Source of the DNA: Beutenbergiaceae bacterium
GTDB taxonomy: Bacteria; Actinomycetota; Actinomycetes; Actinomycetales; Beutenbergiaceae
DNA length: 64,000 nt
Direction of reading: 5' to 3'
Assembly: GCA_048594865.1 (NCBI GenBank)
Contig: JBMDWZ010000076.1
Coordinates: 5,111 to 69,110, forward strand
Shown piece after piece: positions 28,418 to 36,305 of this stretch. Each line of letters starts with the position of its first letter. Within the stretch, counting starts at the first letter, position 1. Both the position numbers and the translations under genes were made by a program. The notes below the pieces were generated by a model. The model ran no database searches. It was given only the letters and a program-made list of their open reading frames with translations, and had not been told where the DNA came from.

Positions 28418-30652
28418 GTGACCACTAGTGACATCCGATCCCGCGACGCGATGAATCGAGAGCAGTCATACGTTGACCTCGTCTACTCGCGTCTAGATGA
28501 GTTGCGCGCTCAGGTGCGCCAGCGCCTGCAGGCCATCCGCAGGCAGGGACCCAGCGGTTCACCCCAGAACCGGTCCGAGCGCGACGCCTTCGCCACCCTG
28601 TACGAGGACCGGATCGCGGCCCTCGACGCGGTGGAGGACCGGCTGGTGTTCGGACGCCTCGATCTACGCGACGGCGAACGCCGCTACATCGGGCGCCTCG
28701 GCATCTCCGACGCCGACCACTCCCCCGTTTTGACCGATTGGCGCGCGCCCGCCGCTCGCGCTTTCTACCAGGCCACCGCCCACAACCCCGGCGACGTCAC
28801 CCTGCGCCGCCACCTGCAGACCCGGTCGCGCCAGGTGGTCTCGGTGGAAGACGACGTGCTGGATCTGGACGCACTGACCCAAGCCGCCGGCGACGACGTC
28901 GAACTGTCTGGCGAGGGTGCCCTGCTGGCCGCGTTGAACGCCTCACGAACAGGACGGATGGGTGACATCGTCGCCACCATCCAGGCCGAGCAGGACGCCA
29001 TCATCCGCAGCGACCTGGACGGTGTGCTCGTGGTTCAGGGTGGGCCCGGCACCGGCAAGACGGCCGTCGCGTTGCACCGTGCCGCCTACCTGTTGTACTC
29101 CCACCGCCAGCGCCTGGAACGCTCCGGGGTGCTGCTGATCGGGCCCAGCCCGGTGTTCCTGCGGTACATCGAGCAGGTGCTGCCATCCCTGGGTGAAACC
29201 GGCGTGGTGTCCTCCACGATGGCGGACCTGGTTCCGGGCATTAGCGCGACAGCCACCGAGGCCCCTGCGGTCGCCCGGATCAAGGGGCGCGCGGAGTGGG
29301 GTCGAATCATCGCCCGTGCCGTGCGCAACAAGCAGCGGGTGCTGGGCGAACAGGACCTCAACGTCGAAGGCGTGCGGCTACGGCTGCGGCCCGCCGACGT
29401 CCGCGAGGCGCAGGCCAAGGCCCGCCGCACCGGACACCCGCACAACCGGGCGCGAGTCACCTTCGTGCAGACCATGCTCAACATCCTGGCGCGGCAATAC
29501 TCCGAGCAGATCGGCAACGACTGGGACGAGCCGGGCACGGTCATCGAGGAGATCCGCACCGCACGCGACGTGCGCGTTGCCCTCAACCTATGTTGGCTTC
29601 CGCTGACCCCCACCGGGCTGGTCTCAGAACTCCTCGCAAAGCCGCACAAGCTCTCCGCCGCGGCACCGCGGATGTCGGCCGCGGACCGTCGCGCCGTCCA
29701 GCGAGATGCGGGCGCCGCCTGGACGGTCGCCGACGTTCCGCTCATCGACGAGGCCGCCGAATTGATCGGCTCCGACGATGAAACCGATCGCGCCCAGGCC
29801 AAGATCGACGCCGCGCGCCGCGAAGAGGGCATCGCCTACGCCCGGGAGCTGTTGGAGGCCGGCGATGTCGGCGGCGGGATGGTGAACGCTGAGATGCTGG
29901 CGGACCGGTTCGCCGAGTTCGGCCCCCGTCTCACCACCGCCGAACGTGCCTACCGGGACCGCTCGTGGACCTACGGCCACATCGTCGTCGATGAAGCTCA
30001 GGAACTGTCGGCGATGGCGTGGCGGGCGTTGCTCCGCCGATGCCCGTCGCGTTCGATGACGGTGGTGGGCGACGTCGCCCAAACGTCCTCCACGGCCGGC
30101 ACCCGGGCGTGGGATGCGATGCTCGATCCGCTCTTGCGCAGGGGGTGGCGCACCGCGGAGTTGACCGTGAATTACCGCACCCCGGCCAGTGTGATGGATG
30201 CTGCTCGGGCCGCCGCGACCGCCGCCGATCCCGAGCATCCGCCGGCGCCGTTGCGATCGGCACGGGAGATTCCCGATGCGCTGCTCACCACGCGGACCGA
30301 TGATCTGGCCGCCGGGTTGTCTGACGTGCTGGCTTCGGAACGGAACCAGGAGCAGGCCGGCACTATCGCCATCATCGCGGCCACCCCGCGCCTGGCAGAA
30401 CTCGCCGCCGCGCTGGACCTGCCGCAGGGACCCGCCGACCTCAGCTCCCAGGTGGTGTTGCTGGATCCAGCCGGTGCCAAGGGCCTGGAGTTCGACCGGG
30501 TGATCCTTGCCGAACCGAGCGAGATCATTGCTCAGGGCGACGTCGAAAGCGGAGCCGCGGATGTCTATGTCGCGATGACCCGGCCCACTCAACGGCTGCA
30601 CGTGGTGCACACCGGGGAACTGCCACAAGGAATCGAAACGTCCACCGCGTGA
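28418..30652 (+). CDS. helD: HelD-like (HelR-type) UvrD-family ATPase, RNA polymerase-associated
   Basis: 744-aa ORF. The N-terminal part (EQSYVDLVYSRLDELR…RLVFGRLDL…RYIGRLGI…VLTDWRAPAARAFY) is typical of actinobacterial class II HelD. It has Walker A GGPGTGKTAVALHRAAYL, Walker B IVVDEAQEL and a C-terminal GLEFDRVIL segment. Confidence 0.85.
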   Translation: MTTSDIRSRDAMNREQSYVDLVYSRLDELRAQVRQRLQAIRRQGPSGSPQNRSERDAFATLYEDRIAALDAVEDRLVFGRLDLRDGERRYIGRLGISDADHSPVLTDWRAPAARAFYQATAHNPGDVTLRRHLQTRSRQVVSVEDDVLDLDALTQAAGDDVELSGEGALLAALNASRTGRMGDIVATIQAEQDAIIRSDLDGVLVVQGGPGTGKTAVALHRAAYLLYSHRQRLERSGVLLIGPSPVFLRYIEQVLPSLGETGVVSSTMADLVPGISATATEAPAVARIKGRAEWGRIIARAVRNKQRVLGEQDLNVEGVRLRLRPADVREAQAKARRTGHPHNRARVTFVQTMLNILARQYSEQIGNDWDEPGTVIEEIRTARDVRVALNLCWLPLTPTGLVSELLAKPHKLSAAAPRMSAADRRAVQRDAGAAWTVADVPLIDEAAELIGSDDETDRAQAKIDAARREEGIAYARELLEAGDVGGGMVNAEMLADRFAEFGPRLTTAERAYRDRSWTYGHIVVDEAQELSAMAWRALLRRCPSRSMTVVGDVAQTSSTAGTRAWDAMLDPLLRRGWRTAELTVNYRTPASVMDAARAAATAADPEHPPAPLRSAREIPDALLTTRTDDLAAGLSDVLASERNQEQAGTIAIIAATPRLAELAAALDLPQGPADLSSQVVLLDPAGAKGLEFDRVILAEPSEIIAQGDVESGAADVYVAMTRPTQRLHVVHTGELPQGIETSTA

Positions 30653-30694
30653 GACGATTCGGCTCAAAACTCACTCCTAGAGCACGATAGGACC

Positions 30695-31900
30695 GTGGTG
30701 AAGGCCTTACTTTTAGAGAACATCCACCCGCTCGCCGCTGACATGCTCAGCGCCGCTGGAGTCGAGGTGTCCACCAGGCGTGGCGCCTTGGACGAGGACG
30801 AGCTCATCGAAGAGCTCCAGGGTGTAACGCTGCTCGGTATCCGGTCCAAGACGACCGTCTCGCAAAAGGTGCTCGACGAGGCGAAGGATCTGCAGGCGGT
30901 GGGGGCGTTCTGCATCGGAACGAACCAGATCGACCTGGCTAGCGCGGTGGACAATGGGGTGGCCGCGTTCAACGCCCCGTTCTCCAACACCCGCTCGGTG
31001 GTGGAGTTGGCGCTGGCCGAGATCATCGCGTTGACCCGGCGCCTGACCGAGAAGGACAAGGCCCTGCACAACGGTGTCTGGGACAAATCCTCCGACGGCG
31101 CCCACGAGGTCCGCGGCCGCACCCTGGGCATCATCGGCTACGGCAACATCGGCACCCAGCTCTCCGTGGTTGCCGAAGCCTTGGGAATGCGAGTGATCTT
31201 CTTCGATACCGCGGAGAAGTTGGCGCTGGGTAACGCCCGGCGGGTCGCGACCCAAGATGAACTCTTGCAGACCGCCGATGTGGTGACCCTGCACGTCGAC
31301 GGCAGGCTCGGCAACGCCGGCATGTTCGGAGCCAAACAGTTCCAACAGATGAAGCCCGGGGCGATCTTCCTCAACCTTTCGCGCGGGTTCGTGGTGGACT
31401 ACGCGGGTCTGCGTGAGGCTATCGAATCCGGTGCGCTGGCGGGCGCCGCGGTGGACGTGTTTCCCGATGAGCCCAAAAGCAACGGCGACCCCTTTGACTC
31501 CACGTTGCGCGGCCTACCGAACGTGGTCCTGACCCCGCACGTGGGTGGATCGACCGAAGAGGCTCAACAGGACATTGGCGTGTTCGTGGCCGGTAAGTTG
31601 CGCGATTACCTTTACGGCGGGTCCACGTCGCTCAGCGTCAATATGCCCACGCTCACCCTGGGCACCCCAGAGCCCGGAAGGCACCGCCTCACGCACCTGC
31701 ACCGCAACGTGCCCGGAGTGCTGGCCGATCTTAACCAGGTGTTGTCCGCAGGCGGGGCGAACATCGATTCCCAGATGCTCGCCACCGCCGGGGACGTGGG
31801 TTACGTGGTCACCGATATTTCGGTGCCGCTACCGGCCGAGGCGCTGCGTCACCTACGCTCCTTCGACAGCACCATCCGCGTTCGAGAACTGGGTGCCTAG
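30695..31900 (+). CDS. serA: D-3-phosphoglycerate dehydrogenase (about 400-aa type with C-terminal ACT domain)
   Basis: 401-aa ORF with the NAD-binding segment GIIGYGNIGTQL and the 2-hydroxyacid dehydrogenase catalytic region (…LSRG…TPHVGGST…). It has an ACT-like C-terminus. Confidence 0.9.
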   Translation: MVKALLLENIHPLAADMLSAAGVEVSTRRGALDEDELIEELQGVTLLGIRSKTTVSQKVLDEAKDLQAVGAFCIGTNQIDLASAVDNGVAAFNAPFSNTRSVVELALAEIIALTRRLTEKDKALHNGVWDKSSDGAHEVRGRTLGIIGYGNIGTQLSVVAEALGMRVIFFDTAEKLALGNARRVATQDELLQTADVVTLHVDGRLGNAGMFGAKQFQQMKPGAIFLNLSRGFVVDYAGLREAIESGALAGAAVDVFPDEPKSNGDPFDSTLRGLPNVVLTPHVGGSTEEAQQDIGVFVAGKLRDYLYGGSTSLSVNMPTLTLGTPEPGRHRLTHLHRNVPGVLADLNQVLSAGGANIDSQMLATAGDVGYVVTDISVPLPAEALRHLRSFDSTIRVRELGA

Positions 31901-31936
31901 TAACGACAACGCTTACCGACAGCTACACCGCTTTGG

Positions 31937-32140
31937 TCAGCCCGTCTTTCGTGGCTTGAACGTGCGCTTGGCGTCACCGACCACTTCAGGTCCGTGCACC
32001 GCACCGGTGTTGCGCGCAGAATCTCCGGTGGGGTGTGAGCCGCCGGACTTGCGCTTTAGCGCCTCCCGCATCTTTGCTTTCGCCTCATCGAGCGCCTGAG
32101 CGTCATCGGCCGAGGGCTTAGAACTATCTGAAGACGGCAT
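31937..32140 (-). CDS. Small conserved protein, DUF5302-like
   Basis: 67-aa hydrophilic ORF (…DEAKAKMREALKRKSGGSH…FKPRKTG). It resembles small actinobacterial DUF5302 proteins from memory. It lies downstream of nrdR on the same strand. Confidence 0.5.
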   Translation of the reverse strand: MPSSDSSKPSADDAQALDEAKAKMREALKRKSGGSHPTGDSARNTGAVHGPEVVGDAKRTFKPRKTG

Positions 32141-32267
32141 ATCTTCCTCCTGTGCGTAGGGGCACTACTGTGCCTCGTTGTCACAGGGCGCGCCAGCGTA
32201 TTTCGTTCCCACGCCTCCCCCAGCACCAAGCACCGGCACAGCGGACATGGTGCACAGCCGTGGCGCG

Positions 32268-32738
32268 TTAGTCGAGTTCGACCTCGCGACCGGCTCGGTC
32301 TACCCGTAGCGCGGTGATCGCCGCTTCGAAGTCCTCCAATGAGGCGAAGGCCTGATACACGCTGGCGAACCGCAGATACGCCACTTCGTCCAACTCGCGC
32401 AGCGGACCCAAGATCGTCAGGCCCACCTCGTGGGCGTCGATTTCTGCGAGCCCCATCGCTCGGATCGCTTCCTCAACCTGTTGAGCCAGCAGCGCCAGGT
32501 CGTCATCGGAAACCGGACGTCCCTGGCATGCCTTGGCTACGCCGTCGATCACCTTCTCGCGACTGAACGGCTCGATCGCCCCTGAACGTTTGACCACGGT
32601 CAGACTGGTGGTCTCCAGGGTGGTGAACCGGCGCGAACACTCCGGGCACTGCCTGCGCCGGCGAATGCTTCCGCCGTCGTCCGCGGTCCTTGAATCGATC
32701 ACGCGCGAGTCCGCGTGCCGACAGAACGGGCAATGCAC
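32268..32738 (-). CDS. nrdR: Ribonucleotide reductase transcriptional repressor NrdR
   Basis: 156-aa ORF with the zinc ribbon [17 protein letters not shown]…[16 protein letters not shown], followed by an ATP-cone. Confidence 0.96.
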   Translation of the reverse strand: MHCPFCRHADSRVIDSRTADDGGSIRRRRQCPECSRRFTTLETTSLTVVKRSGAIEPFSREKVIDGVAKACQGRPVSDDDLALLAQQVEEAIRAMGLAEIDAHEVGLTILGPLRELDEVAYLRFASVYQAFASLEDFEAAITALRVDRAGREVELD

Positions 32739-32806
32739 GTGAGGGTTCCCTTCGCCGAAGTCCTAGGGAACCGTAGGCCCTGCCTTCCCCGGCGCGCAAC
32801 CAGGTT

Positions 32807-33334
32807 TCACTCCCCGGGTACGGTCAGCTCCTGACCGGAGTGAATCGCCGAGGTCTGCAAGCCGTTGAGCGACTGAATCTGGGCGACTACCTCGCGCACG
32901 TCCTGGCCGGGTGCTGCGACCCCGCTGGCGATGCTCCATAGGCTCTGTCCCTGTTGCACCACCACGACATCCACGCTCGCTGGGTTCGCGGCAGGCGTGG
33001 GGCTGTAGAACGCCGCACCGAGTCCGGCACCCAGCGCGATCGAGATGACGAACCCCAGCGCGATGAGGACTCGCCGACCGCGGGTGGTCAACCGCAGGGG
33101 TGCTTGTGCCGCAGACGCACGGGCGGCGACCGGAGCATCGGGCACCGGGTTGTCGATGACCGGGTTGTCGATCACCGGCACGTCGACCACCGGAGGGTCG
33201 ATGACCGGGGTATCGATGACCGGGGCGTCGGTCGTAGGCAGGGCGGGCACCGCGCGCAGTGACCGGCGCCGGCTCGGTGCCAAGCGACCGGGCATGCTCC
33301 GGATGGGTACTGGGTGAAGGGCTAGTGCGCTCAT
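32807..33334 (-). CDS. LysM domain protein (membrane-anchored; ChiZ/Rv2719c-like position)
   Basis: The ATG at 33334 is preceded by AAGGAG 8 nt upstream (MSALALHPVPI…). The protein has a Pro-rich repeat region, a TM segment (VLIALGFVISIALGAGLGAAF) and a C-terminal LysM domain (VVVQQGQSLWSIA…IQSLNGL…IHSGQELTVP). It diverges from lexA and lies upstream of nrdR, as in mycobacteria. Confidence 0.8.
   Translation of the reverse strand: MSALALHPVPIRSMPGRLAPSRRRSLRAVPALPTTDAPVIDTPVIDPPVVDVPVIDNPVIDNPVPDAPVAARASAAQAPLRLTTRGRRVLIALGFVISIALGAGLGAAFYSPTPAANPASVDVVVVQQGQSLWSIASGVAAPGQDVREVVAQIQSLNGLQTSAIHSGQELTVPGE
33143..33232. repeat. Six tandem 15-bp units (consensus gaccgggktgtcgat) inside the LysM gene
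   Basis: Units read directly at 33143, 33158, 33173, 33188, 33203 and 33218. They encode PVIDT PVIDP PVVDV PVIDN PVIDN PVPD. Confidence 0.9.
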
Positions 33335-33371
33335 CGGGCTTCTCCTTGATCGAGCGTAGAACTGGCGTACG

Positions 33372-33434
33372 TAGAACAACTGTTGGTACAGTAACACGAG
33401 CGTTCGACGACGCGCCAGTCGAACACATGTTTTG
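33372..33434. promoter_or_regulatory. Cluster of LexA-box-like sites in the lexA / LysM divergent region
   Basis: 33419-33434 is TCGAACACATGTTTTG (left half perfect; right half matches GTTCGA at its first three bases). 33372-33387 is TAGAACAACTGTTGGT (GAAC-N4-GTT core). On the minus strand, 33392-33407 reads TCGAACGCTCGTGTTA (left half perfect). Confidence 0.5.
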
Positions 33435-33478
33435 CGTTTGGCGCTTGAGCGCCTAGAGTGGTTGGTGACATGACCGCA

Positions 33479-33500
33479 ACTTCACCACCGACCACTGACA
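33479..33500 (-). promoter_or_regulatory. RecA-NDp/PafBC-type promoter-like motif pointing at the LysM-nrdR operon
   Basis: The minus strand reads TGTCAGTG-GTCGGTGG-TGAAGT. The upstream element is a perfect match to TGTCRGTG. The -10 is weak (TGAAGT versus TAnnnT). The first 13 nt are identical to the recA copy. Confidence 0.4.
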
Positions 33501-33567
33501 TTCAGGCCGGAGCAGCCCTGAAGGCCCGTCAGGGTCCCAAATCCACAACTCGATCCAGGAGGACACC

Positions 33568-34293
33568 GTGAGCGAGAACAACACCAACTCAGCCGAACCG
33601 GCGAAGAGCAAGAAGGCCGGACAACCGCTGTCCCCTCGGCAGCGCCAGATCATGGACTTCATCCGTTCGAACATCGAAACCAAGGGTTACCCGCCCACCA
33701 TGCGCGAGATCGGATCGTCGGTGGGCCTGGCCAGCCCGTCGTCAGTGAAGTACCAGCTCCGCGTACTAGAGGAGAAGGGCTACCTGCGGCGCGACCCGAT
33801 CTCCACCCGCGCTATCGAGGTTCTGAACTCCGGTGACAAGCCAGAGACCAACGCCCCGGCGAGCGTGCGCGGCGCCCGGCAGATGTTCGTACTGGGCGAA
33901 GGGGAGCACATCGATGCCGCCCCCTCGTACGTGCCGGTCGTGGGCCGAATCGCCGCCGGCGGTCCGGTGCTCGCCGAACAGGCCGTGGAAGACGTCTTCC
34001 CGCTGCCCCGCCAACTGGTGGGAGACGGCGAACTGTTCCTCCTCAAGGTCACCGGTGACTCGATGATCGACGTCGCGATTTGCGATGGCGACTTCGTGGT
34101 CGTCCGGCAGCAGGAAGTCGCCGAGAACGGTGAGATCGTCGCCGCCATGATCGACGGCGAAGCAACCGTTAAGACGCTCAAGCGCACCAAGGATGCGGTC
34201 TGGCTATTACCCGCCAACTCCAACTACGCACCGATCGATGGCACCGAGGCGCAGATCCTCGGCCGAGTGGTGAGCGTGTTGCGCTCTCTCTAG
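33568..34293 (+). CDS. lexA: SOS repressor LexA
   Basis: 241-aa ORF with a GTG start, a winged-helix N-domain ([29 protein letters not shown]), the cleavage region [10 protein letters not shown] and the Ser/Lys dyad context (GDSMIDV … VKTLK). Confidence 0.97.
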   Translation: MSENNTNSAEPAKSKKAGQPLSPRQRQIMDFIRSNIETKGYPPTMREIGSSVGLASPSSVKYQLRVLEEKGYLRRDPISTRAIEVLNSGDKPETNAPASVRGARQMFVLGEGEHIDAAPSYVPVVGRIAAGGPVLAEQAVEDVFPLPRQLVGDGELFLLKVTGDSMIDVAICDGDFVVVRQQEVAENGEIVAAMIDGEATVKTLKRTKDAVWLLPANSNYAPIDGTEAQILGRVVSVLRSL

Positions 34294-34301
34294 CTACTGT
34301 G

Positions 34302-36305
34302 TCACTTCGACGGTGAGGTGTCCCGGAGCCGCGTGAGCGCCGAGCGCACCAGGGCACCATCGGTCGTCGGCCACAGCGGGGGCAGGGAGGCCGCCAGGTA
34401 GGACCCGTAGCGTGCGGTGCGCAGCCGCGGGTCCAAGATGGCCACCACGCCTCGGTCGCCGACTCCGCGCACCAGGCGGCCCGCGCCCTGTGCGAGCAGC
34501 AGCGCGGCGTGTGAGGCAGCGACCGCCATGAACGCGTTACCGCCAGAGGCGGCGATGACCTCCTGGCGGGCCTGCCGAATCGGGTCATCGGGGCGCGGGA
34601 ACGGGATCCGGTCGATCACCACCAGCTGGCAGGAATCTCCGGGCACGTCCACGCCCTGCCATAGCGACAGCGTCCCGAACAGGGAGGTCGCCGGGTCGGC
34701 GGCGAAGTCGCGGACCAGGGAGGCGATGGTGTCCTCACCCTGCATCAGCACCGGCGTATCGAGCCGTTCGCGCATCGCATCGGCGGCGAGTTGGGCTCCG
34801 CGGCGGGAGGAGAACAGGCCCAGGGTTCGCCCGCCCGCGGCCTCGATGAGCTCAGCGAGTTCGTCCAAGGTTTCCTCCGCGGTCCCGTCACGGCCGGGCG
34901 GTGGCAGGTGCTTGGCCACGTAGATGATGCCTTGTTTGCCGTAATCGAACGGTGAATCCACCTGCAGTGCCCGGTAGTCCCCAAAGGACATTCCGACGCT
35001 GCGGGCAGCGTGCTCGAAGCTACCGCCGAGGGCCAGGGTTGCCGAGGTCAGCACCGCTGAACGATCGGTGAACAGGTCATTGGCGATCGGGCTGGCCACG
35101 TCCAACGGGGCCAGCTTCAGCCGCGAGCCCTCCCCCGGTTGGCGGCCACGCTCACACCACAGCACGTCCACTCGGTTGCTCACGCGATCGGAGAGCAGGC
35201 GATCGGCTATCTCAAAGAGCACCAGCAGCGCCGAGTTCACCTGGGATCGGGCGCCGGCTTCCTCGGCCTTGGGCTTGCCCGAGTTCTCCGCGCGCATCGT
35301 GCTCATCGCCTCTCGGCAGGCGTCGGCGATCGACTGCACCAGCGGAACCATGGTCGCGGGCAGTCCAGCGGGCAGGCGCCCCTCGGGAACGTCGTTCAGC
35401 GCATCGCGCAGACCCACGGCGGCGTCGTCCAGGGTCTTCAGTGGTAAGCCCGCGTGCCGCCGTGCCATCCGCGCGGTCCGGTCGATGGCGGCGGCGGACA
35501 GTTCCACGGTGGCCTGGGCGGTGACCCGGTCGGCGAGCTCGTGGGCCTCATCGACGATCAGGTGGTTGTGCTCGGGCAGCACCTTGGGCGAACCGGAGGC
35601 CGCGATACCCAAAATCGCGTGGTTGGTGACCACGACGTCAGCCAGCCGGGCGTCGGCTCTGGCGCGCTCGGGGAAACACTCGGAGATCAGCGGGCACCGT
35701 TGCCCCAGGCACTCCAAGGAGGTCACCGAGACCTGCCGCCAGGCCTTATCGCTGATGCCGGGGACCATGTCATCTCGGTCGCCGGTCTGGGTTTCCTTGG
35801 CCCACTCCCGCACGGCTACCACTTGGGCACCTAGGGAGTCATCGCGGGGCGCGGGATGCTCCTGCGCATCGGAGGGCCCAGCCTCGGAGGCCGAGAACAG
35901 GGCGTTGTCGTCATCCTGGGGGTAGCCACCCTGAATCTTGTGTAGGCACAGGTAGTTATGCCAGCCCTTGAGTAGCGCCACGTGTGGGTCACGAGCCAGG
36001 TAGGGCCGCACCGAATCAGCCGCCAAGGGCAGATCATGGCCGAGGATCTGGCGTTGCAGAGCCAGGGTCGCAGTAGAGACCACGGCCCGCTCACCGGAGT
36101 TGATGGTGCGCAGCAACGCCGGCACCAGGTACGCCAGTGACTTACCGGTGCCGGTGCCCGCCTGAATGAGCACGTGTTCGGAGCCCTTCAGCGCACTGGC
36201 AACCTCGCGGGCCATCTGGTGCTGCCCCTCGCGCCGCGCACCGCCCATGGCGGCAACGACGTCATCTAGGACCCGATCGACGTCGGGTGGGCCATCCTTG
36301 CTCAT
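34302..36305 (-). CDS. dinG: DinG/XPD-family Fe-S ATP-dependent DNA helicase
   Basis: 667-aa ORF with Walker A QAGTGTGKSLAYLVPA, the DEAH box LIVDEAHEL, and four Cys in the insert (NYLCLHK, SLECLGQRCPLISEC) consistent with a 4Fe-4S domain. Its ATG overlaps the hflX stop. Confidence 0.85.
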   Translation of the reverse strand: MSKDGPPDVDRVLDDVVAAMGGARREGQHQMAREVASALKGSEHVLIQAGTGTGKSLAYLVPALLRTINSGERAVVSTATLALQRQILGHDLPLAADSVRPYLARDPHVALLKGWHNYLCLHKIQGGYPQDDDNALFSASEAGPSDAQEHPAPRDDSLGAQVVAVREWAKETQTGDRDDMVPGISDKAWRQVSVTSLECLGQRCPLISECFPERARADARLADVVVTNHAILGIAASGSPKVLPEHNHLIVDEAHELADRVTAQATVELSAAAIDRTARMARRHAGLPLKTLDDAAVGLRDALNDVPEGRLPAGLPATMVPLVQSIADACREAMSTMRAENSGKPKAEEAGARSQVNSALLVLFEIADRLLSDRVSNRVDVLWCERGRQPGEGSRLKLAPLDVASPIANDLFTDRSAVLTSATLALGGSFEHAARSVGMSFGDYRALQVDSPFDYGKQGIIYVAKHLPPPGRDGTAEETLDELAELIEAAGGRTLGLFSSRRGAQLAADAMRERLDTPVLMQGEDTIASLVRDFAADPATSLFGTLSLWQGVDVPGDSCQLVVIDRIPFPRPDDPIRQARQEVIAASGGNAFMAVAASHAALLLAQGAGRLVRGVGDRGVVAILDPRLRTARYGSYLAASLPPLWPTTDGALVRSALTRLRDTSPSK

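Noticed and set aside
32763-33428. 221-aa ORF overlapping the LysM gene in another frame.
   Set aside because: Its product is Arg/Pro/Gly-rich with no domain. The alternative frame has a LysM domain, a TM helix and a good RBS.
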